Assembly (NCBI GenBank): GCA_017622815.1
Contig: JAGAQH010000021.1
Span: 5,335-69,334, forward strand
DNA: 64,000 nucleotides
DNA from: Bacteroidaceae bacterium
GTDB taxonomy: Bacteria; Bacteroidota; Bacteroidia; Bacteroidales; Bacteroidaceae
Direction of reading: 5' to 3'
Under the pieces are notes generated by a model that was not told where the DNA came from, did not search any database, and saw only the letters and a list, made by a program, of their open reading frames with translations. Positions 1 through 9,307 of the stretch are shown one piece after another; position 1 is the stretch's first letter, and each line of letters starts with the position of its first letter. Position numbers and translations under genes: made by a program.

Positions 1-611
1 GGCAGGATGTCCACACGCTCTACAACGCTGTATTGCTTTATATAACATGCGGTGGCCAGAAGGTGCTCGTCATCATCGTTGATGCCGGGAGTTACCACAT
101 GGCGGATCCATACGGGCTTGCCTATGCCTTGCAGATACTCCATCATCTGGTGCGTGTGCGTACGATGATGCGCCGTAAGGCGGTGGTGCAGATTGTCGTC
201 CACGGTCTTTATGTCGAGAAGGACGAGATCCGTGACCTCCAGGAGACTGCGCACGGCATCGTTGAATATAACACCGCTGGTGTCCAGGGCCGTATGTATG
301 CCCTCTTTACGGCAGAGACGGAAGTATGCCTCCACGAAAGGAGCTTGGACGAGAGGTTCACCACCGGTACAGGTTACACCTCCGGTCTTGATGAAATTAC
401 GATACTTTAGGGTTTCCTCCAGCAGTTGCTCCGGTGTCCATTCGTACTTGACAGGGGCCTTGAAGTCCCATGTGTCTGGGTTGTGGCAGAAGAGGCATCG
501 CATGGGGCAGCCTTGCATGAAGGCGAGGAAACGTATGCCCGGTCCGTCTACCGTGCCGAAGGATTCCAGGGAGTGGATACGACCTATGAGGGGGGATGGA
601 GTATTTGCCAT
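1..611 (-). CDS. pflA: pyruvate formate-lyase activating enzyme (radical SAM); C-terminus lies outside the window
   Basis: Own minus-strand translation from ATG 609-611: MANTPSPLIGRIHSLESFGTVDGPGIRFLAFMQGCPMRCLFCHNPDTW...GGEPL...VERVDILP. Has the CxxxCxxC cluster motif and sits directly downstream of pflB. Absent from the ORF track because it runs off the edge. Confidence 0.9.
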   Translation of the reverse strand, partial: MANTPSPLIGRIHSLESFGTVDGPGIRFLAFMQGCPMRCLFCHNPDTWDFKAPVKYEWTPEQLLEETLKYRNFIKTGGVTCTGGEPLVQAPFVEAYFRLCRKEGIHTALDTSGVIFNDAVRSLLEVTDLVLLDIKTVDDNLHHRLTAHHRTHTHQMMEYLQGIGKPVWIRHVVTPGINDDDEHLLATACYIKQYSVVERVDIL

Positions 612-627
612 AGTTGGGGGAAGGGGA

Positions 628-690
628 TTTTAGGGACTTTAAGGTCTTTAGGGTCTTTAAGGACTTTAAGGTCCTTAGAGACATTAGGCT
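628..690. repeat. module I: degenerate 9-bp tandem array (TTTAGGGAC/TTTAAGGTC), about 7 units
   Basis: tttagggac tttaaggtc tttagggtc tttaaggac tttaaggtc cttagagac attaggctt, in the pflB-pflA spacer. Confidence 0.8.
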
Positions 691-705
691 TCAGGGAAGA
701 GAGGA

Positions 706-746
706 CATGCCCCTCACCTTATTTATATATATAGGAGAGGGGCATG
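706..746. repeat. hairpin in the pflB-pflA spacer
   Basis: 10-bp stem CATGCCCCTC / GAGGGGCATG around an AT-rich loop. Confidence 0.7.
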
Positions 747-763
747 GCGTGATATTCGTCATT

Positions 764-797
764 CACTCCCTCCCTTGCAGGGAGGGGCGGGGTGGGT
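764..797. repeat. family B, solo arm
   Basis: ACTCCCTCCCTTGCAGGGAGGGGCGGGGTGGGTC resembles the right arm of the family B elements. Abuts the pflB stop. Confidence 0.65.
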
Positions 798-801
798 CTT
801 C

Positions 802-3042
802 TTACAAACTCTGGTTGATGGTACGGCTGAGAACGTCCAACTGCTGCTCGCGTGTCAACTTCACGAAGTTAACGGCATAGCCGGAAACGCGGATGGTGAG
901 CTGAGGATACTTCTCGGGATGCTCCATGGCGTCTACCAGCAGTTCGCGGTCGAAGACGTTGACATTCAGGTGCTGGCCACCGTCGGGAGTGAAGTAACCG
1001 TCCATCAGGTTCACGAGGTTCTGCTTCTGAGTCTCAGTGTCCTTGCCCAAAGATGCGGGAGTGATGGCGAAGGTGTAAGAGATACCGTCCTTAGAGTGGT
1101 GGAAGGGCAGCTTGGCAACAGAAGCCAGAGCGGCAACGGCACCCTTGACATCGCGTGCATTCATGGGGTTGGCACCGGGAGCGAAGGGCACACCAGCCTT
1201 GCGGCCGTCGGGTGTAGAACCGGTGTTGCGGCCATATACCACGTTTGAGGTGATGGTGAGCAGGCTCTGTGTGGGGATGGCGTCGCGATATGTACGGTGC
1301 TGACGCAGATACTCCATGAACTTCTCGGTAATCATCACGGCAATCTGGTCGGTCTCGTCGTGGTTGTTGCCGAATGGGATGTATTCGCCCTCCTCGATCT
1401 CGTAGTCAACGGCCAGACCTGTCTCGTCGCGGATGATGCGGATCTTGCAGTTCTTCATTGCGGCGATAGAGTCGGTAACGATGGAGATACCGGCAATACC
1501 GGTGGCACGTGTGCGCTGAACGTCACCGTCATGCAGAGCCATCTCGAATGCCTCGTAGTCGTACTTGTCGTGCATGTAGTGGATAATCTTCAGAGCGTTC
1601 ACGTAGGTCTTTGCCAACCAGCGCATCATCTGCTCGAAGCGGGGCCAGAACTCCTCGTAGGTGAGGTAGTCGCTGGTGATGGGGCTGAAGCGGGGACCTA
1701 TCTGCTGGCCGCTAACCTCGTCGCGACCGCCATTGATGGCATAAAGCATACACTTGGCCAGGTTGGCGCGAGCACCGAAGAACTGCATCTGCTTACCGAT
1801 CTTCATGGGGCTTACGCAGCATGCGATGCCGTAGTCGTCGCCCAGTTCGGGACGCATCAGGTCGTCGTTCTCATACTGAAGGGCGCTGGTGTCGATACTT
1901 ACCTTTGCGCAGTACAGCTTCCAGGGCTCGGGCAGACGCTCTGACCACAGGATAGTCAGGTTGGGTTCGGGAGAGGGACCCATGTTGTAGAGGGTGTGGA
2001 GCAGACGGTAGTCGGTCTTTGTAACCATGCTACGGCCGTCAATGCCCATACCGCCTATGCTGGCAGTTGCCCAGATGGGGTCGCCGGAGAACAGGTCGTT
2101 GTACTCGGGAGTACGCAGGAAGCGCACTATACGGAGTTTCATCACCATCTGGTCGATCATCTCCTGAGCCTCCTCCTCGGTGATGACACCGTTCTTGAGG
2201 TCGCGCTGGATGTAGATGTCCAGGAATGCAGAGATACGGCCGATAGACATGGCAGCACCGTCCTGGTCCTTAACGGCACCCAGATAGCCGAAGTAGGTCC
2301 ACTGGATAGCCTCGCGAGCGTTAGTGGCGGGCTTTGTAACGTCGAAACCGTAAGAAGCACACATGCGCTCAAACTCCTTCAGGGCGTTGATCTGGTCGGT
2401 AATCTCCTCGCGGCAACGAACAATCTCCTCGGTGAACTCCTGGATGTCGATGCGCTTGTGGAAACGCTTCTTCTCCTCAATCAGGTTTGTTGTACCATAG
2501 AGGGCGATACGGCGGTAGTCACCGATGATACGGCCACGTCCATAGGCATCGGGCAGACCGGTGATGATGTGTGCGTGACGGGCAGCCTTGATGTCATCGT
2601 TGTAGGCGGCAAACACACCCTCGTTGTGAGTCTTGCGGTACTTGGTGAAGATAGCCTTGGTGGCAGGATCCAACTCATAGCCGTAAGCCTTCAGCGAAGC
2701 CTCAACCATGCGGATACCGCCCTTGGGGAAGATACCGCGCTTGAGGGGAGCATCGGTCTGCAGACCAACGATAACCTCGCTTTCCTTGTCAATATATCCG
2801 GCACCGTATGTGCTCACGCTCTGGGGCAACTTTGTCTCGGCATCGTAAACGCCCTTCTCGCGTTCTACCTCGAACATCTTGGAAAGGATGTCCCACAGTT
2901 TCTTTGTCTTCTCACTGGGACCGGCCAGGAAACTCTCGTCACCGTTGTAAGGCTCGTAGTTGTTCTGGATGAAGTCGCGGACGTCAATCTCGTGCTTCCA
3001 TGCCGTTCCCTTAAAATCGTTCTGTAAGTTTTGCAATTGCAT
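802..3042 (-). CDS. pflB: formate C-acetyltransferase (pyruvate formate-lyase)
   Basis: 746-aa ORF with the glycyl-radical motif RVSGYAV near the C-terminus and active-site IACCVSPM. Full-length PFL architecture. Confidence 0.97.
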   Translation of the reverse strand: MQLQNLQNDFKGTAWKHEIDVRDFIQNNYEPYNGDESFLAGPSEKTKKLWDILSKMFEVEREKGVYDAETKLPQSVSTYGAGYIDKESEVIVGLQTDAPLKRGIFPKGGIRMVEASLKAYGYELDPATKAIFTKYRKTHNEGVFAAYNDDIKAARHAHIITGLPDAYGRGRIIGDYRRIALYGTTNLIEEKKRFHKRIDIQEFTEEIVRCREEITDQINALKEFERMCASYGFDVTKPATNAREAIQWTYFGYLGAVKDQDGAAMSIGRISAFLDIYIQRDLKNGVITEEEAQEMIDQMVMKLRIVRFLRTPEYNDLFSGDPIWATASIGGMGIDGRSMVTKTDYRLLHTLYNMGPSPEPNLTILWSERLPEPWKLYCAKVSIDTSALQYENDDLMRPELGDDYGIACCVSPMKIGKQMQFFGARANLAKCMLYAINGGRDEVSGQQIGPRFSPITSDYLTYEEFWPRFEQMMRWLAKTYVNALKIIHYMHDKYDYEAFEMALHDGDVQRTRATGIAGISIVTDSIAAMKNCKIRIIRDETGLAVDYEIEEGEYIPFGNNHDETDQIAVMITEKFMEYLRQHRTYRDAIPTQSLLTITSNVVYGRNTGSTPDGRKAGVPFAPGANPMNARDVKGAVAALASVAKLPFHHSKDGISYTFAITPASLGKDTETQKQNLVNLMDGYFTPDGGQHLNVNVFDRELLVDAMEHPEKYPQLTIRVSGYAVNFVKLTREQQLDVLSRTINQSL

Positions 3043-3095
3043 ACCCTTGAAGTATTAAGTGGTTAATATGTTTTCTTTCTCGCTTTTTCTGTCCA

Positions 3096-3103
3096 CAAAG
3101 GTA
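3096..3103 (-). promoter_or_regulatory. Bacteroidetes -7 box TACCTTTG upstream of pflB
   Basis: Matches TAnnTTTG. 53 nt upstream of the pflB ATG. Confidence 0.6.
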
Positions 3104-3191
3104 CAAAGAATTTGTAACAATTACAAAGATTTCGCGCTAAAAGAGTATAAAAAACTGAGAGGAGGCACTTGGTTATTCAGGCAAATTGTCG

Positions 3192-3199
3192 TACATTTG
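3192..3199 (+). promoter_or_regulatory. -7 box TACATTTG upstream of ddh
   Basis: Matches TAnnTTTG. 39 nt upstream of ATG 3239. Confidence 0.6.
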
Positions 3200-3238
3200 C
3201 ACCGAAAAACAATAAAAAGACACTTAAACGAACTTTAT

Positions 3239-4138
3239 ATGAGCAAAATTAGAGTAGCAGTGGTAGGATACGGCAATATTGGTAAGTCAGCCGTTGAAGC
3301 CCTGGAGGCAGCCTCAGATATGGAAATTGCGGGCATTGTGCGCCGTGCCGGTCGCGAAGGATGCCCCCGCGAGATAGAAGAGTACACCATAGTAAAGAAC
3401 ATAAAGGAACTGGAGAACGTGGACGTGGCCATCCTTGCCACCCCCACCCGCTCGGTGGAGGAGTATGCACTGGAGTGCCTGAAACTGGGCATCAACACGG
3501 TGGACAGTTTCGACATCCACGGCCTCATCGTAGATCTCCGCCGCACATTGGACAAGGCTGCCAAGGAGAGCGGTGCTGTCAGCATCATTGCCGCAGGTTG
3601 GGACCCGGGCTCGGACAGCGTGGTGCGCACACTGATGGAAAGCCTTGCCCCCAAGGGACTGACCTACACCAACTTCGGCCCCGGCCGTTCCATGGGACAT
3701 AGCGTTTGCGTGCGTTCCAAGAAGGGAGTCAAGGACGCCCTGTCCATGACCATCCCCGTGGGCGAAGGCATACACCGCCGCATGGTGTATGTGGAACTGG
3801 AGGAAGGCGTTTCCCTGGAGGAGGTTACGAAAGAGATAAAGGCCGACCCCTACTTCTCCAGCGACGAGACACACGTGTTCCAGGTGGAGAGCGTGGATGC
3901 ACTGAACGATGTGGGCCATGGCGTGAACCTGGTGCGCAAGGGTGTCAGCGGACAGACACACAACCAGTTGTTCGAGTTCAACATGAAGATCAACAACCCC
4001 GCCCTCACCTCTCAGGTATTGGTAAATGCCGCACGTGCCACCATGCGCCAGCAACCCGGTGCCTACACGATGATAGAAATCCCCGTCATCGACTATCTGC
4101 CCGGAGACAGGGAGGAGCTGATACGCCACTTGGTATAA
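3239..4138 (+). CDS. ddh: meso-diaminopimelate D-dehydrogenase
   Basis: Internal ATG at 3239 gives a 299-aa protein, MSKIRVAVVGYGNIGKSAVEAL..., with a Rossmann GxGxxG motif. A TAnnTTTG box lies 39 nt upstream. The longer track ORF from 3059 would start upstream of that promoter. Confidence 0.85.
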   Translation: MSKIRVAVVGYGNIGKSAVEALEAASDMEIAGIVRRAGREGCPREIEEYTIVKNIKELENVDVAILATPTRSVEEYALECLKLGINTVDSFDIHGLIVDLRRTLDKAAKESGAVSIIAAGWDPGSDSVVRTLMESLAPKGLTYTNFGPGRSMGHSVCVRSKKGVKDALSMTIPVGEGIHRRMVYVELEEGVSLEEVTKEIKADPYFSSDETHVFQVESVDALNDVGHGVNLVRKGVSGQTHNQLFEFNMKINNPALTSQVLVNAARATMRQQPGAYTMIEIPVIDYLPGDREELIRHLV

Positions 4139-4240
4139 TCGGAACCGACGCAGGAAGCGAGAGCAGAAGCAAAATTAATTTTGATTATGCCGAGCAACAA
4201 GGAGGAAAAGACGACAAAGTCGGATTAAAGCGGAAAACGC
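4137..4240. repeat. family D, about 100-bp dispersed repeat (copy 1)
   Basis: About 9 of 10 positions match the reverse complement of 42144-42243 by hand alignment. Core: GACGCAGGAAGCGAGA.CAGAAGCAAAATT.ATTTTGATTATGCCGAGCAACAAGGAGGAAAAGAC. Confidence 0.85.
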
Positions 4241-4261
4241 TCCCTCCACTACGCACCCTTT

Positions 4262-4317
4262 GAAAACGGAAAACGGAAAACTGCCACCTTACTCGCAGTT
4301 TTCCGTTTTCCGTTTTC
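4262..4317. repeat. family A: perfect 22-bp hairpin of TTTTCCG heptamers
   Basis: GAAAACGGAAAACGGAAAACTG - 12-nt loop - CAGTTTTCCGTTTTCCGTTTTC, between the convergent ddh and epimerase genes. Probably a bidirectional terminator. Confidence 0.85.
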
Positions 4318-4330
4318 ACCTTTCCGTTTC

Positions 4331-5410
4331 CTACAGCCACCCGGCCTCCTTGTACCATTTTATGGCGGCCTTCACTCCGCGTTCCAGGCTCCATTCCGGT
4401 TCGAAACCAAGATCCTGGCGAGCAGGTTCCAGTTCGCAACGCCAGTTGCGTTGGGACAGGATGTTGTACTTATCCTCGTTCAGCACTATCAGTTTGCCGG
4501 TCATGCGGCTGATTTGTCCGCCCACCTTGCAGATGATGTTCAGCACCCACTTGGGCGCCTTTATGCGGAGGACCCAAGGGTCGCCAAGTTCCTGCTGGAT
4601 GAGGTCGGAGAAGCGGCGTGAGTTGTATATCTTGCCATCACTCAGGAAGTAAGCCCTGCCCAAGGCGGCAGGTGCCGTCATGGACTTGAATACGGCCTGC
4701 ACCACGTCCATCACATAGATGAAGGTCAGTTCCTGAGGCTGGTAACCGACGGCAAAGTCGGTATGCCCGGCTATGCTCTTGGCCATGACGAAGTAGTCCT
4801 TCTCCCTGGGACCGTAGACACCGGTGGGACGAAGTATGACAAAGGGGAACTTCAGTGGGTCCAACCCTTTCAGGTAGCGCTCTGCACTGAGTTTGCTCAT
4901 GCCGTATGCCGTGTTCGGTTCGGGCCTGTCTGTAAGTTTGATGGGCTTGTAAATGGATTCCTCCTCGGAAATTTCCGTTCCCTTGCCATAACCCTTGGGG
5001 ACGGCCTTTACAGGCGTCTCGTGAATGGCACCGAACACACTGAGCGAACTGACGAAAACAAAGCGCTCGGGTACCATATCCGTCTCCTGCAGAGCCTCTA
5101 TGAGGTTGATGGTACCCTGAGTGTTGGTGCGGTAGAAGTCTTCCATCTTCAGGCACTTTGTGGCTCCGGCGGCATGGACGACAAAGTCCCACTTGCCACC
5201 CATCTGCTCCCTGTATGCCGACAATTGGCTCTTGAGTTCCTCCTTGTTGCCAAGGTTCAGTTGGGCGAACTTTATGCGCTCGTCGGTAAGATAACCCTTG
5301 GAACTGGTGCCACGCATGCCTGCCCACATCTCGTATCCCTTCTCCAGTCCTTCGCTCACGATATAACTGCCAATGAAACCACTGGCTCCTGTTACCAATA
5401 CTTTTTTCAT
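4331..5410 (-). CDS. NAD-dependent epimerase/dehydratase family protein
   Basis: Starts MKKVLVTGASGFIGSYIV (GxxGxxG) and is SDR-extended-like throughout. Start chosen at 5410, 21 nt below a -7 box. Confidence 0.85.
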   Translation of the reverse strand: MKKVLVTGASGFIGSYIVSEGLEKGYEMWAGMRGTSSKGYLTDERIKFAQLNLGNKEELKSQLSAYREQMGGKWDFVVHAAGATKCLKMEDFYRTNTQGTINLIEALQETDMVPERFVFVSSLSVFGAIHETPVKAVPKGYGKGTEISEEESIYKPIKLTDRPEPNTAYGMSKLSAERYLKGLDPLKFPFVILRPTGVYGPREKDYFVMAKSIAGHTDFAVGYQPQELTFIYVMDVVQAVFKSMTAPAALGRAYFLSDGKIYNSRRFSDLIQQELGDPWVLRIKAPKWVLNIICKVGGQISRMTGKLIVLNEDKYNILSQRNWRCELEPARQDLGFEPEWSLERGVKAAIKWYKEAGWL

Positions 5411-5431
5411 GTCGACATTACAATTTGAGGG

Positions 5432-5439
5432 CAAAGATA
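5432..5439 (-). promoter_or_regulatory. -7 box TATCTTTG upstream of the epimerase gene
   Basis: Matches TAnnTTTG. 21 nt upstream of ATG 5410. Confidence 0.6.
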
Positions 5440-5481
5440 ACTAAAATAAATCAACTTTGTTTATATGATAGAAAAAAAGCG

Positions 5482-5489
5482 TATCTTTG
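5482..5489 (+). promoter_or_regulatory. -7 box TATCTTTG upstream of rnr
   Basis: Matches TAnnTTTG. 43 nt upstream of ATG 5533. Divergent from the epimerase promoter. Confidence 0.6.
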
Positions 5490-5532
5490 CCTTAACAAAC
5501 CATCGGGGCAACCCGAACAAAAAGACATCACC

Positions 5533-7773
5533 ATGGGAAACAAGAAAAGCGGAGGCAAGTACATCAGGAAAAGGGACCTGATGCAGTCACTCATAGAGTT
5601 GTTCCAGCAGAATGCAGGAGAGGTGTATGACCTGAAACGTCTGTTCAGAGACTTGAAACTGACCACCCACCCTGCCAAGATGCTTTGTGTGGATTGTCTG
5701 GAAGACATGCTTCTGGACGACTATATCAAGGAAACCGCCCGCTATTGCTATACGCTGAATGCCCCGTCGCAGGTAATGGAGGGAGTCTTCCACCGCAAGT
5801 CCAACGGCAAGAACACGTTCCACCCCAATGATGGCGGAGAACCCATCCTTGTGGCCGAGCGCAACTCCATGCACGCCATGGACGGAGACCAGGTGAAGGC
5901 CTCCATGCTGGCACGCCGCCGCAACCATGTCCGCGAAGCACAGGTCATAGAGATAGTGAAGCGTTCGGAAAAGCAGTTCGTGGGTACATTGAAGGTAAGC
6001 AAGGACTATGCCTACCTGCTCACCGAGGACCGCACCCTGGCTACCGACATTTTCATTCCCAAGCACTTCCTGAAGAAGGGCAAGAACGGCGACAAGGCCG
6101 TTGTCCGCGTGGTGGAGTGGCCGGAAGGCACCAAGAACCCCATCGGCAAGGTGGTGGACATCCTGGGACGCACTGGCGAGAACAATGCCGAGATGCATGC
6201 CATCCTGGCGGAGTTCGGCCTGCCTTACACCTACCCCAAGAACGTGGAGGCCATAGCCGACCGCATCCCCAAGGAGATTACCCAACAGGAAATCGACCGC
6301 CGCCGCGACATGCGCGACGTGCTCACCTTCACCATAGACCCGCACGATGCCAAGGACTTTGACGATGCCATCAGCATACAGGTGCTGAAGGGCGGTGGCG
6401 ACACGGGCAAGACGCTATACGAAGTGGGTGTGCACATAGCGGACGTGAGCCACTATGTCACCGAGGGTTCGGCCATAGACAAGGAGGCCCTGAAACGTGG
6501 CACCAGTGTCTACCTGGTGGACCGCACCATACCCATGCTGCCGGAAAGCCTGTGCAACAACCTCTGCTCCCTGCGCCCCGACGAAGACAAACTTACCTTC
6601 AGCGTCATCTTCAAAATGAACGAGAAGGCCGAGGTGAAGGACTATGAGATTCTGCACACGGTGACACGGAGCAACCGCCGTTTCAGTTACGGACAGGTCC
6701 AGCAGATTCTGGAGGAGGAGCACGAGGCAAGCGAACAGGACTACAACGCCCCGGGCGATGTGCTTGTTCCCATCGAGGACCACGTTCCCTCCACAACCTT
6801 CGCCCCCGGCACCGAGGAGCGCAAACTGCTGCTTGTGCTTAACCGCATGGCCAAGGAACTGCGTCGGCGCCGTTTCCAGAGCGGCGCCGTGGATTTCGAC
6901 CGATGCGAGGTGCGCTTCAATATTGACGAGAAGGGCAAGCCCACCAGCGTCTACTTCAAGGTGGCCAAGGATGCCAACAAACTCATCGAGGAATTCATGC
7001 TCCTGGCCAACCGTACCGTGGCGGAAAGCATAGGCAAGGTGCCCAAGAACCAGAAGGCAAAGGTGATTCCTTACCGCATACACGATGTGCCCGACCCCAC
7101 CAAACTGATGCGCCTGGGCGACTTCGTAAGCAAGTTCGGCTACCGCCTGAAGACTCAGGGAACCAAGGGGGAAATCTCCAAGAACCTCAACAAGATGCTG
7201 GCCGACGTGCACGGCAAGGCGGAGCAGAACGTCATAGAGATGGTGACCCTGCGTGCCATGATGAAGGCCCGCTACAGCGTGCACAACATCGGTCACTACG
7301 GGTTGGCCTTTCAGCACTATACGCACTTCACCTCGCCCATACGCCGTTACCCCGACCTTATGCTTCACCGCCTCCTTACCAAGTATGCCACGGGCGGACG
7401 TAGTGTAAACCCCATGAAGTACGAGGAACTATGCGAGCAGTGCTCCGATGCCGAACAGACGGCAGCACAGGCAGAGCGCGCCAGCATCAAGTACAAACAG
7501 GTGGAGTACATGAAGGAGCACCTGGGCGAGACCTTCGAGGGCACCATCTCCGGCGTTACGGAGTTCGGCCTCTACGTGGAGGTGAACGAGAACAAGTGCG
7601 AGGGCTTCGTGCCTCTGCGCGACCTGGACGACGACTACTACGAATTCGACGAAAAGAACTTCTGTCTGCGAGGCCGCCGGCGCAACCGCTCCTACAACCT
7701 GGGCGACCAGGTGCACGTACAGGTGGCACGTGCCGACCTATATAAAAAACAACTCGATTATAAACTGGTTTAA
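5533..7773 (+). CDS. rnr: ribonuclease R
   Basis: RNB-domain motif DPHDAKDFDDAISI and a C-terminal S1 domain (GTISGVTEFGLYVEV). ATG 5533 lies downstream of -7 box 5482-5489. Confidence 0.93.
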   Translation: MGNKKSGGKYIRKRDLMQSLIELFQQNAGEVYDLKRLFRDLKLTTHPAKMLCVDCLEDMLLDDYIKETARYCYTLNAPSQVMEGVFHRKSNGKNTFHPNDGGEPILVAERNSMHAMDGDQVKASMLARRRNHVREAQVIEIVKRSEKQFVGTLKVSKDYAYLLTEDRTLATDIFIPKHFLKKGKNGDKAVVRVVEWPEGTKNPIGKVVDILGRTGENNAEMHAILAEFGLPYTYPKNVEAIADRIPKEITQQEIDRRRDMRDVLTFTIDPHDAKDFDDAISIQVLKGGGDTGKTLYEVGVHIADVSHYVTEGSAIDKEALKRGTSVYLVDRTIPMLPESLCNNLCSLRPDEDKLTFSVIFKMNEKAEVKDYEILHTVTRSNRRFSYGQVQQILEEEHEASEQDYNAPGDVLVPIEDHVPSTTFAPGTEERKLLLVLNRMAKELRRRRFQSGAVDFDRCEVRFNIDEKGKPTSVYFKVAKDANKLIEEFMLLANRTVAESIGKVPKNQKAKVIPYRIHDVPDPTKLMRLGDFVSKFGYRLKTQGTKGEISKNLNKMLADVHGKAEQNVIEMVTLRAMMKARYSVHNIGHYGLAFQHYTHFTSPIRRYPDLMLHRLLTKYATGGRSVNPMKYEELCEQCSDAEQTAAQAERASIKYKQVEYMKEHLGETFEGTISGVTEFGLYVEVNENKCEGFVPLRDLDDDYYEFDEKNFCLRGRRRNRSYNLGDQVHVQVARADLYKKQLDYKLV

Positions 7774-7878
7774 GACCGCAATGCGGGATTAAATCGGAAA
7801 ACCAATCCGTTCACCGCTAACCGCTCATCCTCTCACCGTTCACCTCAGTTTTCCGTTTTCCGTTTTCACATTTCCGTT
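7774..7878. repeat. mosaic of D-tail + module F + family A arm upstream of rpoN
   Basis: GACCGCAATGCGGGATTAAATCGGAAAACC (D tail), then CCGTTCACCGCTAACCGCTCATCCTCTCACCGTTCACC (F), then CAGTTTTCCGTTTTCCGTTTTCACATTTCCGTT (A). Confidence 0.8.
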
Positions 7879-7882
7879 CGAC

Positions 7883-9307
7883 ATGCCCCAGTCCCTAATC
7901 CAACAACAGAAACTCACGCAGGAACAGATACAACTTCAGACCGCCATGCAGGTGCTGGCGTCCAAGTTGGTGGAACTCCCTCTGGAGGGATTGCGCGAGC
8001 GTGTGGCCACGGAACTGGCAGAGAACCCCTATCTGGAGGCCAGCAGCAGCGAGAGCGGAGACGGATACATCCAGACAGACGGCGGCACCGGCGAGGGGCA
8101 GGATACTGAATACGATGCCAGGCAGGACTACTCCACCGAAGACGACATCCCCGACTATCTCCTGCGCCAGTCCTCTGGAAACGAGGCAGAGGATGAGGGC
8201 AACGGCATGGACAGCGCGGACACACAGTCCTTCTACGACCAACTGATGGAGCAGGCCGGAGGCTGCGACCTCTCGGAGCACGACAGACAGATACTGGAAT
8301 ACCTTATAGGCAATCTGGGCGACGATGGCCTGCTTGGCAAGCCTCTCTTCCAGATTGCCGACGAACTGAGTATCTACCACTATCTGGACACCACGCCGGA
8401 GGAGGTGGAACGAATCCTCCAAATCCTATGGCGCTTCGACCCTCCCGGAGTGGGGGCAAGGAACCTGCAGGAGTGCCTCATCATCCAATGCAAGCGCAAG
8501 GGGTACCGTAGCGTTCCCGGGCATACGCCCTTGTTGCTGAAGGTGCTGGAGCGCAACTGGGACGACATCAGCCACAACCGTTGGGACCTGATAAGGCAGA
8601 GGTACAAACTCTCCGACCAGCAGGTGCAGATGCTTCGCCATGAGATAAGGCGGCTGAACCCGCGTCCGGGCAGTTCCATGGGCGAGAAGGCAAGTTCTGC
8701 AGAGACACACATCACCCCCGATGTCATTGTAGACGTTGACCAGGAGGGCAACATAGACCTTACCCTGAACGACGGTGACCTGCCCACCCTCTCCGTCAGC
8801 GAGGACGCGATGGAGATGATCGACGTGGACTTCGTGCGTGACTATGTGAACCGTGGCAAACTCTTTATCGGTGCCATCATGCAACGCCGCCACACCATCA
8901 TGCGCACCATGCAGGCTATCATAAAGTTGCAGCGCAAATATCTGGTCACGGGCGACGAGACCCTGCTACGCCCCATGCGTCTGGAGGACATCGCCAAGAT
9001 TACGGAACAGGACCTCAGTACCGTATCGCGTGTATGCAACAGCAAGTACGTGGAAACACCATACGGCACCTTCCCCCTGCGGTGGTTCTTCACCACACAG
9101 GCCAAGGCCAGCACGGAAGACGTTTCCATCAAGAAGATGCACCAGGCTCTGAAGGAAATCATAGAACAGGAGGACAAGAGACGCCCGCTCCAGGACGAAG
9201 AACTTGCCGAAATGCTGCAACAGAAAGGTTTCAACGTGGCACGGCGCACCGTGGCCAAGTACCGCGAACAACTGGGCATCCCCACAAGCAGAATGAGAAG
9301 AGAATGA
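7883..9307 (+). CDS. rpoN: RNA polymerase sigma-54 factor
   Basis: 474 aa with a Gln-rich N-terminus (LIQQQKLTQEQIQLQ) and the C-terminal RpoN box ARRTVAKYREQLGIP. Confidence 0.95.
   Translation: MPQSLIQQQKLTQEQIQLQTAMQVLASKLVELPLEGLRERVATELAENPYLEASSSESGDGYIQTDGGTGEGQDTEYDARQDYSTEDDIPDYLLRQSSGNEAEDEGNGMDSADTQSFYDQLMEQAGGCDLSEHDRQILEYLIGNLGDDGLLGKPLFQIADELSIYHYLDTTPEEVERILQILWRFDPPGVGARNLQECLIIQCKRKGYRSVPGHTPLLLKVLERNWDDISHNRWDLIRQRYKLSDQQVQMLRHEIRRLNPRPGSSMGEKASSAETHITPDVIVDVDQEGNIDLTLNDGDLPTLSVSEDAMEMIDVDFVRDYVNRGKLFIGAIMQRRHTIMRTMQAIIKLQRKYLVTGDETLLRPMRLEDIAKITEQDLSTVSRVCNSKYVETPYGTFPLRWFFTTQAKASTEDVSIKKMHQALKEIIEQEDKRRPLQDEELAEMLQQKGFNVARRTVAKYREQLGIPTSRMRRE

Noticed and set aside
397-684. 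95-aa ORF beginning with KSL/KTL repeats
   Set aside because: The repeat peptide is only the translation of the 9-bp tandem array. The rest of the ORF overlaps pflA out of frame.
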